DNA from: a virus
Lineage: Duplodnaviria; Caudoviricetes
Reading direction: 5' to 3' (one strand)
Virus record (IMG/VR): IMGVR_UViG_3300031993_000007
DNA length: 64,000 nt
Position numbers and translations under genes: made by a program. Of this stretch, positions 18,417 through 27,500 are shown piece after piece. Numbering within the stretch: position 1 is the stretch's first letter; the number at the start of each line of letters is the position of its first letter. Under the pieces are notes generated by a model. That model did no database searches and was not told where the DNA came from. It saw only the letters and a program-made list of their open reading frames with translations.

Positions 18417-19139
18417 CTAGAGAGATGCATCATAGCCAGATTCGTTAGTCTTGACTTTCTTGTTGATATACAAACCGCCGTAGAAGTGATCTCTGTCGGA
18501 ATTGTAATCATTCGATCTCGGATGTTCGTCATACGCTAAATATTTGCCGTCTTTGGCTTCTTTACCCTCTCTACAAGCCTTTCTGAGATCTTGAGAAGTC
18601 ACGATATTGTGGTTAGAAAGATTGATAACCTTGAAGCCAATATATACCCCATCTTTCATAGCCGGAGCAATGGTTGCATCTTCAAGAGCCATGTCCTTAT
18701 AAGAGCCACCCCCATTGCAAATGGTGTAATTTGCAAAGAATCCGGTCACTCCATGTTCCTTCATGTATTCGATGTCTGCCTTAAGAGCAGCCATGACGTC
18801 TTCAGAAACTGGGGTAAGGGCTAATGCAAGATTAAAGTGCACGATTTTGTAACCACCATGCTTCTCATCTTTTTCGGTAGAGTACAGATGACGCTCCCAG
18901 AGGAAGGTTCCGCCAAAGTAATGCTTGTCGAATTTTCCGTTGCAAGCATAGTACATGTCATTATTTTCCAGATCTTTGAAGCCTTCTGCCTTTCTCAATC
19001 TTTCGACAAAGATATCAACGCTGGAATTGTCGATGCGATGGATCGTAACAAAGGGGTTTTTGATTCCGTACTTTTTGACCTCCATAAAGTTGCGGATTTC
19101 GAGTTCTTGGCCAATGCCAAAGTTAGATTCTATTTGCAT
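18417..19139 (-). CDS. hypothetical protein (start revised to MQIES)
   Basis: AGGAG SD downstream of the promoter at 19178. Confidence 0.8.
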   Translation of the reverse strand: MQIESNFGIGQELEIRNFMEVKKYGIKNPFVTIHRIDNSSVDIFVERLRKAEGFKDLENNDMYYACNGKFDKHYFGGTFLWERHLYSTEKDEKHGGYKIVHFNLALALTPVSEDVMAALKADIEYMKEHGVTGFFANYTICNGGGSYKDMALEDATIAPAMKDGVYIGFKVINLSNHNIVTSQDLRKACREGKEAKDGKYLAYDEHPRSNDYNSDRDHFYGGLYINKKVKTNESGYDASL

Positions 19140-19177
19140 ATAGATTATTCTCCTATAGGGTTGAATTGTGCGTAATT

Positions 19178-19226
19178 TAATATACAAGTAAAAGAAAGGC
19201 ACAAAAAATAAAGCCCCGAAGGGCTT
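19178..19226 (-). promoter_or_regulatory. terminator (19211-19226, UUCG) + early promoter (19178-19184)
   Basis: AAGCCC/GGGCTT stem, T-run, TTGTATATTA. Confidence 0.7.
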
Positions 19227-19230
19227 AGTA

Positions 19231-19587
19231 TTAGGGTCTTGAACTTGCGACCTTCTTTCCACTTTTATCTCCTTTGGATTTGGTGGGTTTCAGAAGTCCT
19301 TCGCAGAATTTGTGGATAGGATCTTTCTTGAGAGCCGCTTTTGCCGTATATCCCATGCCCGCATGAACCAATTCTCTGATTTGATCCATCAGTTCACTGC
19401 TTATGAGCACTGGGGCTGGATCCCAAGGAATAAATCCAATGGCCATTCTGGCATTCCACAAGTCTTCAAGACTTTCAATGTCACGCCAATCTACTACAGA
19501 TTCTGTCACTTCCTTGGGTTTAAGGTTATGACAGAACAACTTTTTCGACGGGTGTGACTTCACAAGTTTATTGTAGGTTTTAAGCAT
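19231..19587 (-). CDS. hypothetical protein
   Basis: GGAGG SD after promoter 19615. Confidence 0.75.
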   Translation of the reverse strand: MLKTYNKLVKSHPSKKLFCHNLKPKEVTESVVDWRDIESLEDLWNARMAIGFIPWDPAPVLISSELMDQIRELVHAGMGYTAKAALKKDPIHKFCEGLLKPTKSKGDKSGKKVASSRP

Positions 19588-19611
19588 TTTTGCCTCCAGT
19601 TAATGTTCAGT

Positions 19612-19675
19612 ATTTAATATACCGCCGGATCACAGAAATCTACGAAAAAAGAAAGGCCTACCTTCAGGTAGACCT
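19612..19675 (-). repeat. 39-bp promoter repeat copy 2 (19612-19650) + terminator (19654-19675)
   Basis: 1 mismatch to 9602-9640; hairpin is a variant of the AGGTCTACC family. Confidence 0.9.
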
Positions 19676-19683
19676 AGGTTCTG

Positions 19684-20235
19684 TCATTTTGTCTTTTCCG
19701 TGGAAGGAAGAGGAAGATTTAACCCAAAGTCTTTCAACTTTTTGGAATAGTTCTTATACTGTTTTAGAACTTCTCTTTCGATCTCTTCATTGCTAACGGG
19801 CTTCAAATGGTTCGGATCACTGAAGTAACTGTAGCCTTTATCAACTTGGAAAGAGAATGTAGTATTTCTGTTATCTCCGTATACTGTCCTTTCTATGGAC
19901 AGAATATTGATAAGAAGCTTTCTGCGGACACTAACCCAACCTTTTACTGTTATATACCCTAAATCTTCTTTTACGAAGACATACTTTTTAGACATTCGAT
20001 TAGAATCAGCAGTATTCAAATACCATTTACCAGCAAGACTGGTAAAACCTTTTTTACGCTTTTCGTTGGATTTCTTCAATCTGGTTTCCAAAACCTTTAT
20101 AGAGGTCTTAAGGTTATTAATGGCAGTCTTCTTCTTTCCGACGGAAGCCTCAAGCTGCAATAGCTCTTTCTTCCGTTTATTTATAAGGGCGATTATACTT
20201 GTTACAGTTTCTTCTTTAGAAGTTGTGTTTGTCAT
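19684..20235 (-). CDS. coiled-coil hypothetical protein, paralog of 15773-16329
   Basis: AAGGAG SD; shared GKW and LxPVxxxEI motifs. Confidence 0.8.
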   Translation of the reverse strand: MTNTTSKEETVTSIIALINKRKKELLQLEASVGKKKTAINNLKTSIKVLETRLKKSNEKRKKGFTSLAGKWYLNTADSNRMSKKYVFVKEDLGYITVKGWVSVRRKLLINILSIERTVYGDNRNTTFSFQVDKGYSYFSDPNHLKPVSNEEIEREVLKQYKNYSKKLKDFGLNLPLPSTEKTK

Positions 20236-20245
20236 AATTACTCCT

Positions 20246-20774
20246 TTAGTGCTCAGCAGCTACTAGAGCTACTTTGTGCTTAAGATTCTTAGCCCATTTG
20301 ATAATCTGACTAAACTTTCTTTCTGTAAACTCCGAAGAGATTTCATCAGCTGGAGAATCTCCCAATGCTTTATTGACATCTGCATACAGCAACTTTGAAG
20401 ACGCCTTTGTGTTGACGAATGACTTCCAGAATTTGTATCCGAATCTACCGGAATCTTCTTCCAGCAGCCAGTCGATAAAATCTTCTATCAGAGCAGATGC
20501 GCTTTCGTAGTACATGACTTCACAGTCTTCATTGTCATATCCCTTATGGCTAATGAAGTACAAGAATTCCGGCGGTAGAACCTCGTTACCCCTAACGCTA
20601 GAAAGGGCGCTTAGCGTTCCAAGCTCGCCTTCCTTTTTCCAGGTTTCGATCAGTAGATCTCCCCATCCTTTAAGCATATCCTTGAGCTTTACCTCGCTTT
20701 CTATTGCACGAAGCTCTTTCATTAGAGGATGCTTTTCAAGATCCAATCTTTCAAGAAATGATTTTTTCTGCCAT
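20246..20774 (-). pseudogene. gene with +1 frameshift in an A6 run near its start
   Basis: AAGGAG-ATG 20774; removing one A from 20762-20767 gives MAEKSFLERLDLEKH, in frame with ORF 20246-20746. Confidence 0.7.
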
Positions 20775-20804
20775 AGGTCTCCTTAAGTTTAATTGTACAT
20801 ACTA

Positions 20805-20848
20805 TAATATACAAATCAAAAAAAGATAAGGATGCAAAGTCCTTATCT
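20805..20848 (-). promoter_or_regulatory. terminator (20824-20848) + early promoter (20805-20811)
   Basis: same stem arms as 4452-4476. Confidence 0.8.
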
Positions 20849-20858
20849 ATTGCGTCTG

Positions 20859-21317
20859 TTACCAAGATATCTTTAGTTCAATCTCTTTGACTTGGAGTCT
20901 AGATACGCTCTCTACAACCGTGTCAATAGATTTAGCTTCCACTTTAAAACCAAGTGCTTCTAGCTTACTGTGGAAACCCATAGAGATCTTGGAGTAGTTT
21001 GTTTCTATATCATTCGAAAGCTTTGTACGAAATTTTGTATTCACCCAGTAGGGAGAATCTGTATACGCATCTGTTACATGAACAGTAACCTCTGTGTCTG
21101 GGGAGTCAACCTTATTCAATATTCTTTGTTGGATATAGGCCATCATATTTTCGAATATGTGCTTTTCAATTCCAAAGATATCTGCAAAGTGTTTCTCTTC
21201 TTCTTTGTTCTTGAGAGTTTCAGCTTGAATCTTGCGGATGAAATCCGCATTAAAGATTGGTTTATCTTCTTGTTCCGGCATTTTGGCCTCTTGATTTTGG
21301 GTTATTCTTACTTCCAA
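20859..21317 (-). CDS. hypothetical protein, W-terminal family
   Basis: LEALGFKV...LKISW*; start may be 21281. Confidence 0.75.
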   Translation of the reverse strand: MEVRITQNQEAKMPEQEDKPIFNADFIRKIQAETLKNKEEEKHFADIFGIEKHIFENMMAYIQQRILNKVDSPDTEVTVHVTDAYTDSPYWVNTKFRTKLSNDIETNYSKISMGFHSKLEALGFKVEAKSIDTVVESVSRLQVKEIELKISW

Positions 21318-21586
21318 GAAATCTCATATAATGAGCACATCTTGCCAGAAGCGGAATTAAAGATTTCTTCTTTGAATCGGGATTCATAACCAGCTTTGTG
21401 GAGCTCATCCAAGACACGAGAAGTTCCCTTAGGTATGATGACTTTGATCATATTAGGGTAAAGCCTATCAGAAGATAAGGCTTCCTTTATTGCAGATTCT
21501 ATATTGAAGATAATAGTATCGCAATTAGGCGTAGCACCGTCCTTTTCTCTTGCTACTTCAAATCTGATTTGTTCAATAGATTTCAT
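21308..21586 (-). CDS. hypothetical protein, paralog of 1998-2288
   Basis: see 1998-2288. Confidence 0.75.
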   Translation of the reverse strand: MKSIEQIRFEVAREKDGATPNCDTIIFNIESAIKEALSSDRLYPNMIKVIIPKGTSRVLDELHKAGYESRFKEEIFNSASGKMCSLYEISWK

Positions 21587-21633
21587 TGTGATATTTCTTT
21601 GGGTTTGAGTTTAACTGAAGGGATTTACATCGC

Positions 21634-21837
21634 CTATCCTCTATTACAGAACTTGGCCATAAGAAACTCAGTTGTATTATGGCAGCTGCAAACTTCGTTG
21701 ACGCTTACAACTCCGATCCTCTTGTAGATCCGCCAGAAGATGCGCTTGTATACTTCGAAATATCTGTAGATCCTTCTATCGATTGCATTACTAGGCTCCA
21801 CCAGATAAAACGCCTTTTTCTCTGGAAAGATTCTCAT
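21634..21837 (-). CDS. hypothetical protein
   Basis: AAGGAG SD, ATGA-coupled. Confidence 0.65.
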   Translation of the reverse strand: MRIFPEKKAFYLVEPSNAIDRRIYRYFEVYKRIFWRIYKRIGVVSVNEVCSCHNTTEFLMAKFCNRG

Positions 21838-22511
21838 GGTTTCTCCTTTGAATTAGATTCTGTTTTTACAAAGTTCTCGTCGACAAACTGCTGCTGTCTA
21901 TCGTTCATGACTTTAAGTAGCTCTTGCAGTTCTTCAACAGAGGAAATTTTATATCTTGCATATGCGTCTTTGGTAAAGTCTTCTGCTGAGAATTCTTTTC
22001 TCAAATCTTGTTCGCCGGGATCTCCATAGATCGCTCTAAGAGTAAAGAGAGTTTCATCATATGTTTCCAAACTAAGACTGGTATTCCTGAATGTTTTATT
22101 TTCTTCTCTAGGAATATGGATCACAATATGACTTCCAGTCAAGCCTACATATGTTCGCGTGAAGAAGATTCCTCTAACTTTGAAGAAATCTGTCTCGTCA
22201 GCCTTTTCGCTACCGATCCTTTCACGTTTTCCATCTTTACCTGCGTCAAACAAGAAATATTCTTTTTCTTCAGTTCGTTTGAGCATTTTTCCAATAAATT
22301 CTTCTTCAAGCTTTTTAAGAGTACCTTCTTTTTCAAAGTCAATGAATTCAATACCCTTTAAAAGCTTATCCTTTTTATCTTGAAGATCGGCAATTTCATC
22401 TTTCTTTTCTGTGATTTTGTCATTGATCTCCTTGATTTGATCTCTGATCGATTCGTCCTTAAATGTATCTCCATTGATGGAGGTTGTTTTCTCAATAGCC
22501 ATTAGCGCCAC
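21834..22511 (-). CDS. coiled-coil hypothetical protein
   Basis: 225-aa ORF. Confidence 0.8.
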   Translation of the reverse strand: MALMAIEKTTSINGDTFKDESIRDQIKEINDKITEKKDEIADLQDKKDKLLKGIEFIDFEKEGTLKKLEEEFIGKMLKRTEEKEYFLFDAGKDGKRERIGSEKADETDFFKVRGIFFTRTYVGLTGSHIVIHIPREENKTFRNTSLSLETYDETLFTLRAIYGDPGEQDLRKEFSAEDFTKDAYARYKISSVEELQELLKVMNDRQQQFVDENFVKTESNSKEKP

Positions 22512-22867
22512 CTAACAGTGAGATGTCCATTATTACCGAAAGATCCGGAAGTGCTAAGGCCACTTTCTTTAAGGGAGATTCTATTGTCAAGTATACACAA
22601 CTCGCTCATGGACAGCTTGGCAATAGAAGAGGTGGGATCCATTTCGTCATACAGCTCCAGTAGTCCGGGCTTGACTTCACGGATTTTAAAGGTTATTCCG
22701 CTGGAGAAACAATTATTAGGATTTTCTACGAATTTCTCAATGGCTTTCTTTATGTTTTCGAAGGCAGTTTCTACAACCTCTGGATTAACAGTTTGCTTTT
22801 GTTCCTGTTGAATGCGACGCATTTTGCTAGCAAAGCTTTCTTGAAGGGCGGGGTTATTTAGATCCAT
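22502..22867 (-). CDS. hypothetical protein, W-terminal family
   Basis: FASKMRRIQ (cf. NADFIRKIQ of 20859) ... LTVRWR*. Confidence 0.75.
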   Translation of the reverse strand: MDLNNPALQESFASKMRRIQQEQKQTVNPEVVETAFENIKKAIEKFVENPNNCFSSGITFKIREVKPGLLELYDEMDPTSSIAKLSMSELCILDNRISLKESGLSTSGSFGNNGHLTVRWR

Positions 22868-23152
22868 TTAATTCTCCTTTGTCCAATATGGGTTAGCTAC
22901 TGATCTGTTGCCATGTTTATCTATAGGAAGCTCTGATTCTCCCCATTCGACGGTTATATCATCCAAGCCTCTGCCTTTCCAGCCGAAGCTTGCGATGATC
23001 ATAGCGTCATCGTAGCTTTCGCTCTCGTAGAAGGTTACTCGACGATTTTCAGCTGGAATTACTCCAGAAACCTTATACAATTCGGTCTTTCCGAAGATTC
23101 CAGCAAGGATAAACATGAAAGCTATGAATGCAAATAAAATGAGTAATGGCAT
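22868..23152 (-). CDS. membrane-anchored protein (start revised to MPLLIL)
   Basis: AGGAG SD, N-terminal TM. Confidence 0.7.
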   Translation of the reverse strand: MPLLILFAFIAFMFILAGIFGKTELYKVSGVIPAENRRVTFYESESYDDAMIIASFGWKGRGLDDITVEWGESELPIDKHGNRSVANPYWTKEN

Positions 23153-23160
23153 AGTATCTC

Positions 23161-23343
23161 CTAGATTATGAACATATGAAACAAGTCTATAGCATTCAGG
23201 ATGTAGAAAAGGATACAGACTACTCCGATTAGAGTTTCTTCTTTCCGTCCTTTTCCATTCCACCAGATGATGATAGCCGGGATGCCTGCTATTAAGTAGA
23301 CAAACTGCGTTATGATCAGAAGGATTCTACTGACTTCTTCCAT
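23161..23343 (-). CDS. small membrane protein (2 TM)
   Basis: two hydrophobic segments; coupled start. Confidence 0.7.
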   Translation of the reverse strand: MEEVSRILLIITQFVYLIAGIPAIIIWWNGKGRKEETLIGVVCILFYILNAIDLFHMFII

Positions 23344-23558
23344 TATTTTGTCTCCTGACGGTTGGGTTGTTCTATTTTCTCAAGGAATTCCAAGAGTTTG
23401 ACCTGACACTCGCCACATGTATGAGCGTCCATCAAAGTCTGTGCAACCACAGTTTTAGCTTCTTTGGGATCCTTGTTAGAACCCGGAAAGGGCATAGGAA
23501 AGGCTATGCGATTAGTGTAGCAAGCGTCCTTTCCGCATTTAATACATTTTTCTGTCAT
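23343..23558 (-). CDS. small Zn-finger protein
   Basis: CIKC...CGEC; GAGG SD. Confidence 0.7.
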   Translation of the reverse strand: MTEKCIKCGKDACYTNRIAFPMPFPGSNKDPKEAKTVVAQTLMDAHTCGECQVKLLEFLEKIEQPNRQETK

Positions 23559-23588
23559 TGTCTACCTCGTTATGTTGAACACAAAAAT

Positions 23589-23630
23589 TAATATACATAC
23601 AAAAAATAAAGACGAACCCGAAGGTTCGTC
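23589..23630 (-). promoter_or_regulatory. terminator (23611-23630, UUCG) + early promoter (23589-23595)
   Basis: GACGAACC/GGTTCGTC stem. Confidence 0.8.
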
Positions 23631-23632
23631 AT

Positions 23633-23866
23633 CTACTTAATAATCTTTACTTCATAGCTTCCAATGGGCAAGTCCAAGATTTGTCCAGAGTAAAACCATA
23701 CTCGCAGGACAGATTTGTCTGCTATCCACTGGTAGTTTCGTGCATCTTCTAGGACGTATATGGCCGGAGCTTTCCAGTCCGGTTGTTTCACTTCAATTCT
23801 AATTGGCTTGGATCCTGCGAAGGCCAACCCAACCATTAGTAATGCAATCCACAAAATCTTCTTCAT
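23633..23866 (-). CDS. small exported protein (Sec signal peptide)
   Basis: MKKILWIALLMVGLAFA; GGAG SD. Confidence 0.75.
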   Translation of the reverse strand: MKKILWIALLMVGLAFAGSKPIRIEVKQPDWKAPAIYVLEDARNYQWIADKSVLRVWFYSGQILDLPIGSYEVKIIK

Positions 23867-23911
23867 ATTCTTCTCCAGGTTGAACATTTAAGAGTTTTCC
23901 CCTGATAGATT

Positions 23912-24241
23912 TCACTGAATTAGCTCCTTATACCAGTTTTCAAACGTTGTAAAAGCTTCTGTACACCATGCGGTTGAGGCGTGCTTTTTCCAATCTGTAA
24001 GCAAAACAGGAATAGTTGCAAGCGGATCAATTTTCATCTCATCTAGCATCTTTGTTATGATGGGGCTAGCTTTCATTATGAAATCAAAACTCTTCGTCTC
24101 TTGGTCGTTTGCAAATCTTATAATAACACTAGCCTCTTCATCAGATAGCTTAAAGGCTTTTTGGATTTCATCATATAGCCCAAAAATCTGAATGTGAAGT
24201 ACGTACCAAAGGCGATCTCTCGTTATGCCTTCATCCATCAC
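23912..24241 (-). CDS. DP-module family, array member 13
   Basis: EMKIDPLATIPVLL ... KELIQ*. Confidence 0.8.
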   Translation of the reverse strand: MMDEGITRDRLWYVLHIQIFGLYDEIQKAFKLSDEEASVIIRFANDQETKSFDFIMKASPIITKMLDEMKIDPLATIPVLLTDWKKHASTAWCTEAFTTFENWYKELIQ

Positions 24242-24645
24242 GATATCAACCTCCTGAATAGCTCACCAGAATCCCAGAAGTCTGCACAAGTAGTGTGGTT
24301 ATTAAAGAAATCACGGATATAACGACTGTGCATGACTTCTAGAATCTCCGGCACAAAACACAGTGGGTCGGATAAGATGATCTCAGCAATTCGATTAGAT
24401 AACGGTGTGCTGTAGAATTTAGCACATGCGATTGGATCGATTCTCCAAAACTGATTGCCATTCTTTAGTTGCTCGTAAGCCCTAGAATACTTGATTAGAG
24501 ATTTGAATTCTTCATATTCCTCATCAGTCATTTTAAAGACTTCACGCTTAGTCTCAAGAAGACTCTTCATACTATTGAATGGTTTCAAGTACGCATTCAC
24601 TATCCAGAAAGCTTCTTTAATTTTTTCAGCAGTTATTTCATTCAA
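24238..24645 (-). CDS. DP-module family, array member 12
   Basis: IILSDPLCFVPEILEVM ... RRLIS*. Confidence 0.8.
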   Translation of the reverse strand: MNEITAEKIKEAFWIVNAYLKPFNSMKSLLETKREVFKMTDEEYEEFKSLIKYSRAYEQLKNGNQFWRIDPIACAKFYSTPLSNRIAEIILSDPLCFVPEILEVMHSRYIRDFFNNHTTCADFWDSGELFRRLIS

Positions 24646-24647
24646 GA

Positions 24648-25016
24648 TTATCCCTCGAATAATTTGCGAATAGCGTTTTTAGAGTTGGTGATGAGTGTGA
24701 TGTCTCTGGAAGACTCGTAAGCAAGGCTCTCGTTCGGCACGGCTTTGTCCACCTGTGCGATACAAGTTAGCGGATCGGTTTGGATCCATTTGAGGATGAG
24801 GTTCCCAATCTCGCATTTGCAAAACTTGCGTCTAAGAGTCTTGTTACGAGAAGCATTGTCTAGGCATTCCCCTAAAGCGTGCCTTAGTCTCTGTACTTGA
24901 ATTGGTTTCAAAGGAATATTCTCTACCAGCGTACTAAAGCTATTATAGTAGGTCGCCATTACAGCGATATACCAAAAAGCCAGCTTAAGCCTATGGGCAT
25001 CCTCATCTTCTTTCAC
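24648..25016 (-). CDS. DP-module family, array member 11
   Basis: WIQTDPLTCIAQV ... RKLFEG*. Confidence 0.8.
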   Translation of the reverse strand: MKEDEDAHRLKLAFWYIAVMATYYNSFSTLVENIPLKPIQVQRLRHALGECLDNASRNKTLRRKFCKCEIGNLILKWIQTDPLTCIAQVDKAVPNESLAYESSRDITLITNSKNAIRKLFEG

Positions 25017-25603
25017 TGGATCATCCGCCTAGCTACTTGATAAATATAGTCATAGCCGTCGCCCTTGTCATACCCAAGGATAGCTGACAGCGCATCAACA
25101 CCTTGAGTAAATTCCAAAGGACAGCTTGTATAAAAGTTCCAAAGCCCCTTCTCAGTAGTGGGGAATCCAAACTTCACAAAGATATCATGAATCTTTGTAG
25201 CATTTTCTGCAATTGCAAATTCTGTATTTACGGAAGGACTTATATGTCGCAGATACTTTTTGTTGTAACGCAGCTTAGACATCAGTGCTAAATCTTTGGC
25301 AGATAGCTCCTTAATCTGAGCTAGAGTGATCCGCTCTAGATACAATAAGGCTTCGATGCCTTCTGATTCTAAAGCAGTCGTGCGAAGATCAAGCGCCAAT
25401 TTAGAATTTACATTTTCTCCTTTAGCTGCCGATCGCACAAACTTGGTGACAAAGATGAATCCATCAACCAAAGCCAAAGCCAGTATAGCCACCACAACGG
25501 TTAAGACGATTTGACTAGTTTCTTTGGCAACACTACTAGCTAACGCAAGGCTTATAAGAAAGCATACGATGTAGCTAATAAGATGAATGGTTTCCTTGCT
25601 CAT
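25013..25603 (-). CDS. DP-module family, array member 10, with 2 N-terminal TM helices
   Basis: FYTSCPLEFTQGV ... RRMIQ*. Confidence 0.75.
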   Translation of the reverse strand: MSKETIHLISYIVCFLISLALASSVAKETSQIVLTVVVAILALALVDGFIFVTKFVRSAAKGENVNSKLALDLRTTALESEGIEALLYLERITLAQIKELSAKDLALMSKLRYNKKYLRHISPSVNTEFAIAENATKIHDIFVKFGFPTTEKGLWNFYTSCPLEFTQGVDALSAILGYDKGDGYDYIYQVARRMIQ

Positions 25604-25616
25604 ATTGCGATTTCTC

Positions 25617-26054
25617 CTATTGTATTAGGTTTTGAAGGTTGATACAATCTTTCTCCAAGGTGGGAGAGGTTGTATAGTTCTCGTTGATAATAATCTTTAT
25701 TGCATCAGCTAGGAAAGAAACATAGCGGTAAGGATTAATCAAGACCTCATCAACCAGCTCGTTGAATACCTTTCCCTTGAAGAATTTAACCTTAGCATCG
25801 CTCTTTCCAACTCCGACGTACGCAAGTTTAAGATTCTGGTACTCACTAGATTTCTTTTCAAATCCTAAATACTTCGTCAGCTTGTCGTATATGTCAGCAT
25901 CGATTGAGCACCAGATAGCAGACCAGACAGCAATTTTGATATTGGTAGTCCGGGCGGGTTCGGTGTTAACCCTTCCAAGATAGGTCAGGTACCGCCTAGA
26001 CCAATTGTTGTCTTTTGTAAATTTATTCATTACGTTAGAAAATCCTCTTAGCAT
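25617..26054 (-). CDS. DP-module family, array member 9
   Basis: EVLINPYRYVSFL ... QNLIQ*. Confidence 0.8.
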   Translation of the reverse strand: MLRGFSNVMNKFTKDNNWSRRYLTYLGRVNTEPARTTNIKIAVWSAIWCSIDADIYDKLTKYLGFEKKSSEYQNLKLAYVGVGKSDAKVKFFKGKVFNELVDEVLINPYRYVSFLADAIKIIINENYTTSPTLEKDCINLQNLIQ

Positions 26055-26494
26055 AATAGACCTTTAATAGTTTTAGCAGCAGCTTCGACCTCGGCATTCC
26101 ATTTGGCAATATCTTCCGGACTAGCGTTAAAACTATTCCAGAGGATGTCATCCAAAGTCTTTGGCTCCTCTAGAATTTTTAGCAGCTTCGGAGCATAGAT
26201 AATTGGATCGACCATTGTCTGTTTAGTCCACTCTGTGACCATCTGAAATTCCATAGAAACTTTTGTGTCAATGTTTTCTAAGAGGATCTTTTCAGATTGT
26301 TCTACAGCCTTGATGAAATCCTTGTAAAGTGGATCGCTGGGGCTAACCATTTGTTCTCTTGGGTCATACTGAAGAAAACTTATAACTAAATCCAGATTAA
26401 AGACTTCACAGAAGTACTTAGCATTGAAAACTGTATTCCTCTTGCACTTTCTGTAAGCTACTTTTATGGCCTGAAAGACATCATCTTTTGTCAT
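26048..26494 (-). CDS. DP-module family, array member 8
   Basis: QTMVDPIIYAPKLL ... KGLLC*. Confidence 0.8.
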   Translation of the reverse strand: MTKDDVFQAIKVAYRKCKRNTVFNAKYFCEVFNLDLVISFLQYDPREQMVSPSDPLYKDFIKAVEQSEKILLENIDTKVSMEFQMVTEWTKQTMVDPIIYAPKLLKILEEPKTLDDILWNSFNASPEDIAKWNAEVEAAAKTIKGLLC

Positions 26495-26907
26495 TGTAAC
26501 AAACTCCTTAAAGTGGATTTAATCATCATAATTTCAGGTGAATTCTCTTTCATAACTCCAAGTGGATTAGTCAAAGTGGCATCGTAAATATCAGCAATCC
26601 TTTCTAGTCTCTTGGCATAGGCTAGTGGGTCTACTTTGATGTTATCGACACCTCTTATAAAATTCTCGTTCTGGAACAAGCGCTTCTTGAATCTGGCATT
26701 ATTCAGAGGTTTCCTAGTAATCGGGTCAAACCGCTCTATGCTCTTGCGCAACAGCCGCTTGGTATCTCGATCAGTGATCTTTAATACTTCGTTGCAAAGC
26801 ATTCCAAGTAGTCCTTCGTCTTCTGTATAATTGATGCGGCTGTCCAATTTACTAGCATACTCCATTACCTTAAATACGGCTTCTTCTATAGTCATAAAGT
26901 AATTCAT
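26491..26907 (-). CDS. DP-module family, array member 7
   Basis: NIKVDPLAYAKRL ... RSLLQ*. Confidence 0.8.
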   Translation of the reverse strand: MNYFMTIEEAVFKVMEYASKLDSRINYTEDEGLLGMLCNEVLKITDRDTKRLLRKSIERFDPITRKPLNNARFKKRLFQNENFIRGVDNIKVDPLAYAKRLERIADIYDATLTNPLGVMKENSPEIMMIKSTLRSLLQ

Positions 26908-27500
26908 TGAATTAATTTCTCCAAGATATTAATATACTTCTTTTCATACTTTCGAGCTTCCTCTTGGTCATAGTCATGATAGGTGATTCCTTTGTCTGCA
27001 AGCTCGCCAGTGTCTAAGAAGTTGACTTTATCCCAAGGAATAATGTTTCCGTTCCTATCTTCATAGCCGCAGTTATTGCCAGCTTCATGAAAAGAGTACA
27101 TCTCAGATCTAATTAGCTCTACCAGCGGAGGAACAAACTTCATAGGATCAACTAGAACTTCTCTAGCTGCCTTAAGAAGCCAGTCGCACATGCTGTGCTC
27201 TAGTTCGTCATCATCAATGACGGAATGGCATTCATCATACAGATCAAAGGTCAAAGGATCTAGCAGATCTTTATAGCGATCCAGCATTGTTGATAGCCGC
27301 TCAATCGAAAATGTGTTGAATGGCCCTTTATTCGGATTATCGACATTAGCACAAAAGTCAAAGAATATCTTGTGATTTGTCTTCGTCTTATCGCGATGAT
27401 ACATTCCTTCTGCAAAATCGTAGTAATGCTCATAGAAACATAAGACAATGGCTTCTACGATTTCCATCTCCTGTTCGGTCATTTGGTCTTTGTTATACAT
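26904..27500 (-). CDS. DP-module family, array member 6
   Basis: EVLVDPMKFVPPLVELI ... EKLIQ*. Confidence 0.8.
   Translation of the reverse strand: MYNKDQMTEQEMEIVEAIVLCFYEHYYDFAEGMYHRDKTKTNHKIFFDFCANVDNPNKGPFNTFSIERLSTMLDRYKDLLDPLTFDLYDECHSVIDDDELEHSMCDWLLKAAREVLVDPMKFVPPLVELIRSEMYSFHEAGNNCGYEDRNGNIIPWDKVNFLDTGELADKGITYHDYDQEEARKYEKKYINILEKLIQ

Noticed and set aside
1121-23630. CRISPR array or integron attC sites from the repeated hairpins
   Set aside because: Repeats are kilobases apart, have UUCG loops and T-runs typical of terminators, and lack regular spacers or attC R/L boxes; no cas or integrase gene seen.
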